From an uncultured Gemmatimonadales bacterium (GTDB lineage Bacteria; Gemmatimonadota; Gemmatimonadetes; Longimicrobiales; RSA9): a DNA stretch of 64,000 nt. Location: the NCBI GenBank assembly GCA_963798845.1, contig CAWCUS010000002.1, positions 672,001 to 736,000 on the forward strand. Direction: 5' to 3'. Positions within the stretch are counted from its first letter, which is position 1. Each line of letters opens with the position of its first letter. The translations under genes were made by a program, and so were the position numbers. Of the stretch, positions 42,000-51,766 are shown one piece after another. Below the pieces are notes generated by a model. It made no database searches. It was not told the DNA's origin and saw only the letters and a list, made by a program, of their open reading frames with translations.

Positions 42000-42392
42000 A
42001 TGATGACAGACCCTATCGCCGACATGCTGGCGCGGGTCCGCAACGCATCGCGAGCGGGCCATCGACGCGTGGACATGCCGGTGTCGAAGCTGAAGGCGGA
42101 GATCGCGCGCATCCTCAAGGAGAACTCCTTCATCCACGACTTCAAGGTCCTGGATGACGGGCGCCACGGGGTGCTGCGGATCTATCTCAAGTATCACGAA
42201 GGGCAGTCTGTGATCCGGGACATCCAGCGGATGTCGCGGCCGGGCCGGCGGCAGTATGCGGGCGTGGGCGGCCTGCCGCGGGTCCGCAACGGCCTGGGCA
42301 TGGCCATCGTTTCCACCTCGCGCGGGGTGATGAGTGACCGCGAGGCGCGTGCGCAGAACGTCGGCGGCGAGATCCTCGCCGCGCTCTGGTAG
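42000..42392 (+). CDS. rpsH: 30S ribosomal protein S8
   Basis: TDPIADML, SRPGRR, STSRGVM. Confidence 0.99.
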   Translation: MMTDPIADMLARVRNASRAGHRRVDMPVSKLKAEIARILKENSFIHDFKVLDDGRHGVLRIYLKYHEGQSVIRDIQRMSRPGRRQYAGVGGLPRVRNGLGMAIVSTSRGVMSDREARAQNVGGEILAALW

Positions 42393-42400
42393 GGGGGACG

Positions 42401-42937
42401 ATGTCGAGAATCGGGAAGGCGCCGATCGAGCTCCCGAAGGGCGTGGAAGTGACGGTGGACGGGAGCGTGGTGCGCGTGAAGGGTCCGAAGGGTGAGCTGG
42501 AGCAGCACATCCGTCCCGAGGTCGGAGTGTCGATCGAGGATGGGCGGGTCGTGGTGACGCGGGCAGCGGACAGCAAGCGGCACCGCGCGTATCACGGCCT
42601 GACGCGGGCGCTGGTGGCGAACATGGTGCAGGGCGTGACGGCCGGGTTCCGGAAGGGGCTCGAGATCGTGGGCGTGGGCTACCGCGCGGACAAGCGTGGG
42701 GGCACGCTGGTGCTCAACGTCGGGTACTCGCACGACGTGCAGTACCCGGAGCCGGAAGGGATCACGATCACCACGCCGAACCAGACGACGATCGTGGTGG
42801 AAGGGATCGACAAGCAGAAGGTCGGCCAGGTCGCGGCGGAGCTGCGGGCCGTGCGGCCGCCCGAGCCGTACAAGGGCAAGGGCATCCGCTACCAGGGTGA
42901 ACAGGTCCGCCGCAAGGCGGGCAAGACGGGCGCATAG
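42401..42937 (+). CDS. rplF: 50S ribosomal protein L6
   Basis: MSRIGK, PEPYKGKG. Confidence 0.99.
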   Translation: MSRIGKAPIELPKGVEVTVDGSVVRVKGPKGELEQHIRPEVGVSIEDGRVVVTRAADSKRHRAYHGLTRALVANMVQGVTAGFRKGLEIVGVGYRADKRGGTLVLNVGYSHDVQYPEPEGITITTPNQTTIVVEGIDKQKVGQVAAELRAVRPPEPYKGKGIRYQGEQVRRKAGKTGA

Positions 42938-42946
42938 AGGTCAGCC

Positions 42947-43330
42947 ATGGCGGGAAGACAGAAGACGAGCCGACGAGAGACGCAGCGTGTGCGTCGTCAT
43001 CAGCGGGTCCGGCGCAAGGTCGAAGGCTCGGCGGAGCGGCCGCGCCTGGTGGTTCACCGGTCGCTCAAGCACATGCACGGGCAGATCGTGGACGATCGGA
43101 GCGGACGCGTCCTGATGGGCGTGTCCACGACCGGGCCGGAGCTGAGGGCGTTGCGCGGCGAGGCCGAGATCGACAAGACGAAGCTGAGCCACGAGGCGGG
43201 CAAGCGGATCGCGACCCTGGCGAAGGAAGCCGGGATCGAGACCGTGGTGTTCGACCGGGGCGGCTACCTCTATCACGGCCGCGTGGCGGCCTTCGCCGAA
43301 GGCGCCCGCGAAGGCGGCCTGAAGTTCTAA
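42947..43330 (+). CDS. rplR: 50S ribosomal protein L18
   Basis: [21 protein letters not shown]. Confidence 0.99.
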   Translation: MAGRQKTSRRETQRVRRHQRVRRKVEGSAERPRLVVHRSLKHMHGQIVDDRSGRVLMGVSTTGPELRALRGEAEIDKTKLSHEAGKRIATLAKEAGIETVVFDRGGYLYHGRVAAFAEGAREGGLKF

Positions 43331-43342
43331 GGAGACGCGAGG

Positions 43343-43870
43343 ATGGCGAGAGACAATCGAGGCGGTCGCCGGGGGCGGCAGGAATCCGATCTCACGGAGA
43401 CCGTGATCCACATCAACCGCGTCGCGAAGGTGGTGAAGGGCGGCCGCCGCTTCTCCTTCAGTGCGCTCGTGGCAGTGGGCGACAAGAAGGGGAAGGTCGG
43501 GATCGCCCTCGGCAAGGCCAACGAGGTGGCCGAGGCCATCCGCAAGGGGATGGACCAGGCGCGCAAGGCCATGGAGCACGTGCCCATGATCGAGGGCACC
43601 GTTCCGCACGAGATCGTGGGCCGGGTGGGCGCGGCCAGGGTGCTGCTCAAGCCGGCGGGCCCGGGGACCGGCGTGATCGCCGGCGGTGCCGTGCGCGCGG
43701 TGCTCGAGGCGGCCGGGTACACCGACGTGCTGACGAAGAGCCTGGGGTCGAACAACCCGGTGAACACGGCGCGGGCCACCATGCGCGGGCTGGACACCAT
43801 GGTGACGGCGGAGCAGGTGGCCAGCGAGCGCGGCGTGGCGGTGGCGGATCTGGAGGTGCGGCATGGCTAA
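43343..43870 (+). CDS. rpsE: 30S ribosomal protein S5
   Basis: [21 protein letters not shown]. Confidence 0.99.
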   Translation: MARDNRGGRRGRQESDLTETVIHINRVAKVVKGGRRFSFSALVAVGDKKGKVGIALGKANEVAEAIRKGMDQARKAMEHVPMIEGTVPHEIVGRVGAARVLLKPAGPGTGVIAGGAVRAVLEAAGYTDVLTKSLGSNNPVNTARATMRGLDTMVTAEQVASERGVAVADLEVRHG

Positions 43871-44069
43871 CGAGAGCGCGGGGAAGCTGCGGATCACGCA
43901 GGTCCGGAGCCGCAACGGGCGGCCGGCAAAGCACCGGGCGACGCTGGATGCGCTGGGGCTGCGGCGTCACCAGCAGACGGTGGTGAAAGACGACAATGCG
44001 GCGATCCGGGGGATGATCTTCCAGGTCCGCCACCTGGTCGAGGTCGAAGCGCTGGAAGGCGAGGAGTAG
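43863..44069 (+). CDS. rpmD: 50S ribosomal protein L30
   Basis: [20 protein letters not shown]; position. Confidence 0.96.
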   Translation: MANESAGKLRITQVRSRNGRPAKHRATLDALGLRRHQQTVVKDDNAAIRGMIFQVRHLVEVEALEGEE

Positions 44070-44074
44070 GATCG

Positions 44075-44527
44075 ATGTCGGATCTGCATAATCTGCGGCG
44101 GCCGAAAGGCGCCCATCGTTCCCGCAAGCGGCTCGGGCGCGGTCCCGGCTCGGGAACGGGGAAGACGTCGGGCAACGGCCACAAGGGACAGAAGGCGCGG
44201 ACCGGGCACCACGGCATGCCGGCCTGGTTCGAGGGCGGCCAGATGCCGCTGCAGCGGCGCATCCCGAAGCGCGGCTTCACGAGCCACAAGGCCAACGAGT
44301 ACGAGATCGTGAACGTGAAGGATTTCGGTCGTATCGACGCCGAGACCATCACGCCGGAGATCCTGCACGAGCAGGGACTGGTGGACCTCGGGAAGGGGCG
44401 GCCGGTGAAGGTGCTGGGGAAGGGCGAGCTGGAGAGGAAGGTGACCGTGAAGGCGCACGCGTTCAGCGCGGGCGCCCGGAAGAAGATCGAGGACGCGGGC
44501 GGCAGCGTCGAGCTCCTGGAGGAATAG
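44075..44527 (+). CDS. rplO: 50S ribosomal protein L15
   Basis: GRGPGSG, FEGGQMPL. Confidence 0.99.
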   Translation: MSDLHNLRRPKGAHRSRKRLGRGPGSGTGKTSGNGHKGQKARTGHHGMPAWFEGGQMPLQRRIPKRGFTSHKANEYEIVNVKDFGRIDAETITPEILHEQGLVDLGKGRPVKVLGKGELERKVTVKAHAFSAGARKKIEDAGGSVELLEE

Positions 44528-44531
44528 CGGG

Positions 44532-45847
44532 ATGGCCAATCCGGTCGCGAACCTGTTCCGGATCCCGGAGCTGAAGAAGAAGATCCTCTTCACGCTCGGC
44601 GTGCTGCTGGTCTACCGCTTCGGCGCGCACGTCACGTCGCCGGGGATCGATGTGCGGGCTCTGGAGGCGCAGCTGGGGCAGCTCCAGGGGACGCTCTTCG
44701 GCGTCTACGACATGTTCGTGGGCGGGGCGCTCCGACGGGCGACGGTCTTCGCGCTGGGCATCATGCCCTACATCTCCGCGAGCATCATGTTCCAGCTGCT
44801 CGCGGCCGTCTTCCCCACCATCGAGAAGATGCAGAAGGAGGGGGAGGAGGGGCGGAAGAAGCTAACGCAGTGGACGCGCTACGCGACGGTGGTGCTGGCC
44901 GCGGCCCAGGGCTACGGCTACTCCGTCTTCCTCCAGGGCATCCCCGGCGCCGTGACGACCTCGGGGTGGGCGTTCATGATCAGCACCATGCTGGTGCTGA
45001 CCACGGGCGCCATCTTCGTGATGTGGCTGGGCGAGCAGATCACCGAGCAGGGGATCGGCAACGGATGATCCTGCTGATCTTCTTCTCGATCATCGACGGC
45101 TTCCCGAGCGCCACGGTGCGGACGTGGGACGCCATGGTCTCGGGCGTGATCAGCCCGATCATCGTGGTCGTGCTGCTGGCGGTGATGATCGCCATCGTGG
45201 CCGCCGTGGTGGCCATGACCATGGCCGCGCGGAAGATGCCGGTGCAGATCCCGCGAAAGGTGATGGGCCGGGGGCGCATCCGCGAGGGGCAGAAGAGCTT
45301 CATTCCGCTGCGCATCAACTCCGCCGGCGTGATGCCGATCATCTTCGCCCAGTCCATCATCATCGTGCCGGGCACGGTAGCGGCGTTCAGCAACATCGGA
45401 TGGCTGCGCAGTCTTTCGCAGACCTTCCAGCCGGGCAGCCCTGTATACTACGTATCGTACGGGCTGCTCATCCTGTTCTTCACCTACTTCTACACGGCCA
45501 TCATCTTCAATCCGGTGGACCTGGCGGAGAACCTGAAGAAGCAGGGTGCGTTCATCCCGGGCGTGAAGCCCGGGGCGCGCACGGCGGAGTACATCGATCG
45601 CGTGCTCAGCCGGATCACGCTTCCGGGCGCGATCTTCCTGGCGCTGATCGCGATGGTCCCGTTCTGGATCTTCGACCTGTTCAACATCCAACTCTTCTAT
45701 TTCGGCGGCACGTGCCTGCTGATCGTGGTGGGCGTCGGGCTGGATACGGTGCAGCAGATGCAGCAGCACCTGCTTCTCCGTCACTACGAAGGGTTCATGA
45801 AGAAGGGGCGTGTCCGGTTCCGTGGGCGTCAGCGCTACATGGGGTAG
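44532..45847 (+). CDS. secY: Preprotein translocase SecY (one -1 frameshift at ~45063, probably a sequence error)
   Basis: FALGIMPYISASI, WLGEQIT..GIGNG, GVMPIIFA, IPGVKPG; the two ORF halves join at GIGNG. Confidence 0.97.
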
Positions 45848-45851
45848 AGAC

Positions 45852-46495
45852 ATGCGTCTGATCCTTCTCGGAGCGCCGGGTGTCGGTAAGGGCACCCAGG
45901 GCGACCTCCTGGCCAAGCGGCACAACCTGACCCAGATCGCCACCGGGGACCTGCTGCGCGACGCCGTGCGCCGCGGCACGGATCTCGGCAAGGAGGCGAA
46001 GAAGTACATGGACGCGGGCGAGCTGGTGCCCGACGACGTCATCCTCGGCCTGGTCAAGGAAGTCATCGCGGCCGCCCGGGACGGCTTCATCTTCGACGGC
46101 TTTCCGCGCAACGTGGCGCAGGCGGAGCGCCTGGACGTCATGATGGACGAGATGGCGCTGGGGCTCGACGCGGTGGTGGTGCTCGAGGCGCCGGACGACG
46201 TCCTGGTGCAGCGCATCAGCGGCCGGCGCTCCTGCCCGGAGTGCAAGGCGGTCTACAACGTCTACTTCGACCCGCCGTCGAAGGAAGGCATCTGCGACCG
46301 GTGCGGGGCCACGCTCGTGCAGCGCGCGGACGACAACGAGGAGACCGTGGCCAACCGGCTGGCGGTCTACCGGCGACAGACCCGTCCGGTGATCGACTAC
46401 TATCGCGATCGCGGCGTGGCGATCGAGGTCGTGGACGGGCAGAGGCCCGTCGACGCCGTCCAGGGCGCCATCGAGGCGTCCTCACGGTGGCATGA
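45852..46495 (+). CDS. adk: Adenylate kinase (Zn-lid type); apparent frameshift in the last codons (~46477)
   Basis: GAPGVGKGTQ, DGFPR, CPEC...CDRC lid. The probable natural stop TGA at 46493-46495 overlaps the map ATG. Confidence 0.95.
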
Positions 46496-47245
46496 TCAGA
46501 CTGAAGAAGCCGGAAGAGATCGAAGCCATCGCGCGCGCGGGTCGCATCATCGCACAGCTGTTCGACATGCTTCCGGAGCGCGTGCAGGCGGGCGTGAGCA
46601 CGGCCGAGATCGACGCGTTCTCGGAGGAGTTCATTCGAGGACACGACGGCGCCGAGCCGGCTTTCAAGGGGCTCTACGGCTTCCCGGCGAGCGTGTGCGC
46701 GTCCGTGAACCACGAGGTGGTCCACGGCATCCCGAGCCCGTACCGCCGCCTGGACGAGGGCGACATCATCAGCGTGGACGTGGGCGTGAAACTCGACGGC
46801 TGGTTCGCCGACTCGGCCATGACGTTCCCCGTCGGCGAGATCGACCAGGAGACGGGTCGCCTCCTGGAAGTCACGGAGGAGGCGCTCGCGCTCGGGATCG
46901 CGCAGGCAAGGCCGGGCAACCGGCTGGGCGACATCGGCGCACGCGATCCAGAACAGGGCCGAAGGCGCCGGTTACGGCGTCGTCCGCGAGCTGGTGGGGC
47001 ACGGCATAGGTCGCGAGCCGCACGAGGACCCGCAGGTGCCGAACTTCGGGAGTCCCGGGCGCGGCGCCAGGCTCGAGGAAGGACTGGTCATCGCCATCGA
47101 GCCGATGGTCAACCTGGGGACCGCCAGCGTGCGAACGCTCCCGGACCGGTGGACCGTGGTCACGGTGGACCAGCGGTGGAGTGCGCATTTCGAGCACACC
47201 GTGGCGGTGACGGAGGACGGGCCGCGGATCCTGACGGGGGCGTAG
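46492..47245 (+). CDS. map: Methionine aminopeptidase type I (one +1 frameshift at ~46938)
   Basis: [37 protein letters not shown]. Confidence 0.96.
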
Positions 47246-47381
47246 GCGGCCGCCGCCTGCGGCGTTGCGTGGGGCCGGGGTGGGGTCGGCGTTGTCGGGA
47301 GGCGCGGACGTGCCCTGTGGGGCGTGGGGCAGGGCGCTGGGGCGGCCCGCCGGGCGGTGGTGCAGCGTCCCGGGGGCGGGG

Positions 47382-47410
47382 TTGTTGGGCGGGGCTGTGG
47401 TCGCTATACT
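47382..47410 (+). promoter_or_regulatory. Probable promoter of the rpmJ-alpha operon
   Basis: TTGTTG-17 nt-TATACT followed by an AT-rich stretch. Confidence 0.55.
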
Positions 47411-47444
47411 TCAAAGCTGTCGAATAAAACGAAGGGGTGTCCGC

Positions 47445-47561
47445 ATGAAGGTGCGAACGAGCGTGAAGCCGATGTGCGAGCACTGCAGGGTGGTCCGGCG
47501 GCGCGGCGTAGTCCGGATCATCTGCAAGAAGAACCCTCGGCACAAGCAGCGGCAGGGGTAG
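47445..47561 (+). CDS. rpmJ: 50S ribosomal protein L36 (Zn-binding type)
   Basis: [14 protein letters not shown]...[11 protein letters not shown]. Confidence 0.98.
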   Translation: MKVRTSVKPMCEHCRVVRRRGVVRIICKKNPRHKQRQG

Positions 47562-47567
47562 GGAACC

Positions 47568-47948
47568 ATGGCACGTATCGCAGGAGTCGACCTTCCGCGG
47601 AACAAGCGGATCGAGGTAGCGCTGACGTACATCTACGGCATGGGTGACTCGACGGCGAGAAAGATCCTGGAGGGCACGGCGGTGGATCCGGATCGTCGGG
47701 TGCAGGACCTGAGCGACGAGGAGGTCAACCGGCTGCGCCGGGTGATCGAGAGCCAGTACAAGGTCGAGGGCGCGCTGCGGAGCGAGGTCTCGATGAACAT
47801 CAAGCGTCTGATGGACATCGGGTGCTACCGCGGGCTGCGCCATCGGCGGGGGCTGCCGGTGCGGGGCCAGCGGACGCACACGAACGCGCGCACGCACAAG
47901 GGTCCGCGCCGGGCGATCGCGGGCAAGAAGAAGGCGGCGCGGAAGTAG
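47568..47948 (+). CDS. rpsM: 30S ribosomal protein S13
   Basis: [22 protein letters not shown]. Confidence 0.99.
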   Translation: MARIAGVDLPRNKRIEVALTYIYGMGDSTARKILEGTAVDPDRRVQDLSDEEVNRLRRVIESQYKVEGALRSEVSMNIKRLMDIGCYRGLRHRRGLPVRGQRTHTNARTHKGPRRAIAGKKKAARK

Positions 47949-48052
47949 GCGGGTCGCACGAGCCGGGGGTCGAACGGAACGGGTCCCGGGCGCGATACTG
48001 CGGCCGCGGGGCCGCGTGGACACACGACGACAGCTGAGACTGAAAGCGGAAC

Positions 48053-48445
48053 ATGGCGAAACCGAAGAAGGCGCGGACGAAGCGGGCGAAGAAGCAGGTC
48101 GAGTCCGAGGGCATGGCCTATATCAAGGCCACGTTCAACAACACGCTCATCACGATCACGAACATGAACGGCGACGTGGTGACGTGGGGGAGCGCGGGCA
48201 AGGCGGGCTTCAAGGGGTCCAAGAAGTCCACGCCGTTCGCGGCCACGGTATCGGCGGAGCAGGTGGGGCGGGAGGCGTTCAACCTGGGCGTGCGTCGGGT
48301 GCACGTGCGGGTGCAGGGTCCGGGGAGCGGACGCGAGTCGGCGATCCAGGCGCTGAGCGCCGCGGGTCTGCAGGTACGCTCGATCCGGGACATCACGCCG
48401 ATCCCGCACAACGGCTGCCGGCCGCCAAAGAAGCGGCGGGTGTAG
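48053..48445 (+). CDS. rpsK: 30S ribosomal protein S11
   Basis: [25 protein letters not shown]. Confidence 0.99.
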   Translation: MAKPKKARTKRAKKQVESEGMAYIKATFNNTLITITNMNGDVVTWGSAGKAGFKGSKKSTPFAATVSAEQVGREAFNLGVRRVHVRVQGPGSGRESAIQALSAAGLQVRSIRDITPIPHNGCRPPKKRRV

Positions 48446-48534
48446 GGCCGCCAGGGCGAGTGTAGGGCCGCCAGGGCGGGTGTAGGGCCGCCGGGGCGGG
48501 TGTAGGGCCGCCGGGGCGGGTGTAGGGCCGCCAG
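48435..48534. repeat. Tandem repeat, 5 x 20 bp (GGCGGGTGTAGGGCCGCCRG)
   Basis: TGTAGGGCCG at 48441, 48461, 48481, 48501 and 48521; no spacers. Confidence 0.95.
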
Positions 48535-48617
48535 CAGGTCGCACGGGGCGTAAACCGCCGAGCCGTCCAGGGGGGAAGAAGCCGAGGAACCGAACGGGAA
48601 CAGGAGCGAGACGGTCA

Positions 48618-49253
48618 ATGGGTCGTTATACGGGGCCGGTGTGCAAGCTGTGCCGGCGGGAGGGGCGGAAGCTCTTCCTCAAGGGCACGAAGTGCTACAC
48701 GGAGAAATGCCCGGTGGAGCGGCGGAGCTACCCGCCGGGTCAGCACGGGGTTACGCAGGCGCGTCGTCGCAAGGTGAGCGATTACGCGCTTCAGCTTCGT
48801 GAGAAGCAGAAGGTGAAGCGGATGTACGGCGTGGGCGAGCGGTATTTCCGCAACCTGTTCAAGCGGGCGGCGACGCAGACCGGGCTGACGGGTGAGAACC
48901 TGCTGGTGGGTCTGGAGCAGCGGCTTGACAATGTCGTCTATCGTCTGGGGTTCGCGGGGAGCCGGGCGCAGGCGAGGCAGCTGGTGCGGCACCGGCACGT
49001 GGAGGTGAACGGTCGGCCGGTGGACGTGCCGAGCTACCAGGTGCAGGCGGGGGACGAGGTGCGGCTGAAGGGTGGATCCCGTGACCTGGTGCCGGTGCAG
49101 GTGGCACTGGAGTCGAAGACGCGGCCGGACACGGTGAGCTGGCTGGCGCTGGACGAGGGGACACGGACGGGGCGGATGCTGGAGCGTCCGACGCGTGCGG
49201 AGATCCCGCTCCCGGTGCAGGAGCAGCTGATCGTGGAGCTCTACTCGAAGTAA
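48618..49253 (+). CDS. rpsD: 30S ribosomal protein S4
   Basis: CKLCRREG, PPGQHG, RLDNVVYR, IVELYSK. Confidence 0.99.
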   Translation: MGRYTGPVCKLCRREGRKLFLKGTKCYTEKCPVERRSYPPGQHGVTQARRRKVSDYALQLREKQKVKRMYGVGERYFRNLFKRAATQTGLTGENLLVGLEQRLDNVVYRLGFAGSRAQARQLVRHRHVEVNGRPVDVPSYQVQAGDEVRLKGGSRDLVPVQVALESKTRPDTVSWLALDEGTRTGRMLERPTRAEIPLPVQEQLIVELYSK

Positions 49254-49331
49254 ACCAGGAACCAGGTCACGGGGCCCGGGCACCGGCGGTGCGCGGGCCC
49301 CGTCGGCCGGGTCGGACTGCAAGGAGGAGAT

Positions 49332-50393
49332 GTGGAGCTAGATCTCACGGGATTGGTCGTGCCGCAGCGTGTGGAAGTGATCGACCGCTCCGAGGACGAG
49401 AAGACGGCGCAGTTCATCATGGCGCCGCTCGAGCGCGGGTTCGGACAGACGCTGGGGAACTCGGTGCGGCGAATCCTTCTGTCGTCGCTGCCGGGGGCGG
49501 CGGTGTGGGCGTTCCGGATGGACGGAGTGGTGCACGAGCACCAGACGGTGGCGGGCGTTGCGGAGGACGTGCACCAGATCATCCAGAACCTGAAGACGCT
49601 GGTGCTGAAGCTGGACCCGGATGTGGACGAGGCGAGGCTGGAATTGCGGGCATCGGCCGCGGGGCCGGTAGTGGCGGGTGCGATCGAGCCGCCGGCCTCG
49701 GTGGAGATCCTGGAGCCGGATCATCACCTGTTCACACTGCAGGAGGACAAGGAGGTCCACCTGGAGCTGTACGTGAACAAGGGGCGCGGCTTCGTGGCGG
49801 CCGACAGCCATGAAGCGCCGAAGGGTAGCCCGGTGGACCTGGTGCGGATCGACTCGATCTACAACCCGGTGCTGCGGGCGAACTTCACCGTGGAAGAGAC
49901 GCGTGTGGGTCAGCGCACGGACTTCGACCGGCTGACGCTGCACATCGAGACGAACGGCAGCGTGGCGCCGGAGGATGCGGTGGCCTACGCGGCGGAGCTG
50001 GCGCGGCGACACCTGGAGTACATGCTGAAGTTCGCGGATGCCGGCGAGTCCGAGCCGCCGGTGCCGGGGGCGGTGCCGGTGCCGAAAGCGCTACGGGACC
50101 TGTTCGAGCGGCCGATCGAGGACCTGGCCGAGCTGAGCGTGCGGAGCGTGAACTCGCTGAAGAAGGAGAACATCATCACGCTGGGCCACCTGGTGCGTCG
50201 GACCGAGGACCAGATGCTCGACATCGACAACTTCGGCGTGAAGTCGCTGGAGGAGATCCGGCAGTTCCTGGCGCAGCACAACCTCCACTTCGGGATGCAG
50301 CTGGAGGAGGGGGAGGACGGGGATCTTTACCTGGTGGACGAGAACGCGGAGTCCGCCGGTGAAGAGGCCGCGGTGGCCGAGGGGGAGGCGTAA
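49332..50393 (+). CDS. rpoA: RNA polymerase subunit alpha
   Basis: PLERGFGQTLGNSVRRILLSS, ELSVRS, NFGVKS. Confidence 0.99.
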   Translation: MELDLTGLVVPQRVEVIDRSEDEKTAQFIMAPLERGFGQTLGNSVRRILLSSLPGAAVWAFRMDGVVHEHQTVAGVAEDVHQIIQNLKTLVLKLDPDVDEARLELRASAAGPVVAGAIEPPASVEILEPDHHLFTLQEDKEVHLELYVNKGRGFVAADSHEAPKGSPVDLVRIDSIYNPVLRANFTVEETRVGQRTDFDRLTLHIETNGSVAPEDAVAYAAELARRHLEYMLKFADAGESEPPVPGAVPVPKALRDLFERPIEDLAELSVRSVNSLKKENIITLGHLVRRTEDQMLDIDNFGVKSLEEIRQFLAQHNLHFGMQLEEGEDGDLYLVDENAESAGEEAAVAEGEA

Positions 50394-50402
50394 GGAGCAG
50401 CA

Positions 50403-50756
50403 ATGAGACACCGCAAGAAGGGTCGCCACCTGAACCGCACGGCGGAGCACCGGCGCATGATGCTCCGCAACATGGCCACGTCGCTGTTCAAGCACGGCCG
50501 TGTGGAGACGACGGTGGCGAAGGCGAAGGAATTGCGCCAGTTTGCCGAGCCGCTGATCACGAAGGCGAAGCGGGGTGACCTGCATGCGCGCCGGGTGGTA
50601 GCCCGGAAGATCCACGATGGCGAGGCGCTGAGCCGGCTGTTCGAGGAGATCGGCCCGCGATACGCGGAGCGGCCCGGCGGGTACACGCGAGTCGTGAAGA
50701 TGGGTCATCGCGCTGGTGATGCGGCCGACGTGGCGATCATCGAACTAGTGGAGTAG
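50403..50756 (+). CDS. rplQ: 50S ribosomal protein L17
   Basis: MRHRK, TTVAKAKE, RPGGYTR. Confidence 0.99.
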   Translation: MRHRKKGRHLNRTAEHRRMMLRNMATSLFKHGRVETTVAKAKELRQFAEPLITKAKRGDLHARRVVARKIHDGEALSRLFEEIGPRYAERPGGYTRVVKMGHRAGDAADVAIIELVE

Positions 50757-50760
50757 ACCG

Positions 50761-51345
50761 ATGGCGGATGAGGCGAGGAAGCCTGCGGGGCGTTCGCTGA
50801 CGTGGCTCTGGATGATTCTGGCGCTCGTGGTCGTCGGCGGGTTCCTGACGTGGCTCGGCACGACGAGCGAGCCTACCTCGGTCCCGGTGGTGGAGGCGGA
50901 CACCGCGGCCGCAGGTGGCGGCGAGGGCGGGCTGGCGTTCACGGCCGTGCCGAAGGACTCGCTCAAGACGAACAAGGGCCGGTACGCGGGTCAGGTGATC
51001 CGGGTGGCCGGCGTGCAGATCACCGGGTCGCTGGGCCCGCGGATCTTCTGGGGCGAGCTGGGGAACCAGTCGAGCCAGGTGCCGATCCTGGTGCGAGTCG
51101 ACTCGGCCGCGGCGGCGGGCACGAAGGTGCAGCCGGGCGCGAGCTACACGCTGACGGGGACGATGCAGGCGATGTCGGACTCGGTTTCCGGGGCGTGGGC
51201 GGACCAGGGCGAATTCACGGGCGACGGCGAGCGGATGCAGGCGGACTTCGCCGACTACTATCTACAGGTGAGCAACATCCAGGCGTCGCGGACGAGCCCC
51301 GGCTCGGCGGGTGGCGCAGCCCCTGGCTCGCAGGGCGAGCGCTGA
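50761..51345 (+). CDS. Hypothetical single-pass membrane protein
   Basis: N-terminal TM segment WLWMILALVVVGGFLTWLG; GC3-rich; tightly packed between rplQ and rpmB. Confidence 0.8.
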   Translation: MADEARKPAGRSLTWLWMILALVVVGGFLTWLGTTSEPTSVPVVEADTAAAGGGEGGLAFTAVPKDSLKTNKGRYAGQVIRVAGVQITGSLGPRIFWGELGNQSSQVPILVRVDSAAAAGTKVQPGASYTLTGTMQAMSDSVSGAWADQGEFTGDGERMQADFADYYLQVSNIQASRTSPGSAGGAAPGSQGER

Positions 51346-51366
51346 GGGCGCGGAAGGAGCGATAGA

Positions 51367-51558
51367 ATGGCGCGCGAGTGCTATGTGTGCGGCAAGAAGC
51401 CGATCTACGGCAACAACGTGAGCCACGCGAACAACAAGACGCGTCGCCGGTGGCTGCCGAACCTGCAGCGGGTACGGATCCAGACGGAGGACGGGCCGCA
51501 GCGGGTGCGGGTCTGCACGCGCTGCATCTCCGCCGGCAAGATTCGCAAGGCCGGCTGA
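51367..51558 (+). CDS. rpmB: 50S ribosomal protein L28 (Zn-binding type)
   Basis: CYVCGK, GNNVSHA, PNLQ, VCTRC. Confidence 0.98.
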   Translation: MARECYVCGKKPIYGNNVSHANNKTRRRWLPNLQRVRIQTEDGPQRVRVCTRCISAGKIRKAG

Positions 51559-51582
51559 GTCCGGAGACGGCCGAGCATCATG

Positions 51583-51614
51583 TCCCCGGTGCCTTCGCTG
51601 GCACCGGGGATTTT
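51583..51614 (+). terminator. Rho-independent terminator closing the ribosomal cluster
   Basis: TCCCCGGTGCC-loop-GGCACCGGGGA followed by TTTT. Confidence 0.85.
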
Positions 51615-51766
51615 CGTTGCGGCGGCGTCCGTTGTGGCGACGTCGCTTGCGGCGGCGCGGCGGAGAAGACCAAATTCGGATCCCGCTCTGCGCGTTGCCT
51701 GCGGAACCCAAATGGAGTGGCGGAGCCTGGCGCCTGCGCGCTCCCGTGGAGAATCGAAGACCCCCT

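Noticed and set aside
45852..47009. Adk with a long C-terminal extension or an adk-map fusion
   Set aside because: The extension is off-frame map sequence caused by a one-base loss near 46477.
48435..48534. CRISPR array
   Set aside because: Units are directly adjacent with no unique spacers, and no cas genes are present.
51635..51650. Sigma54 promoter (TGGC...TTGC)
   Set aside because: The spacing between the GG and GC elements is one base too long.
51719..51729. ops/JUMPstart-like GGCGGAGCCTG upstream of the capsule locus
   Set aside because: It lacks the conserved T of GGCGGTAG; a short GC-rich match is likely by chance.
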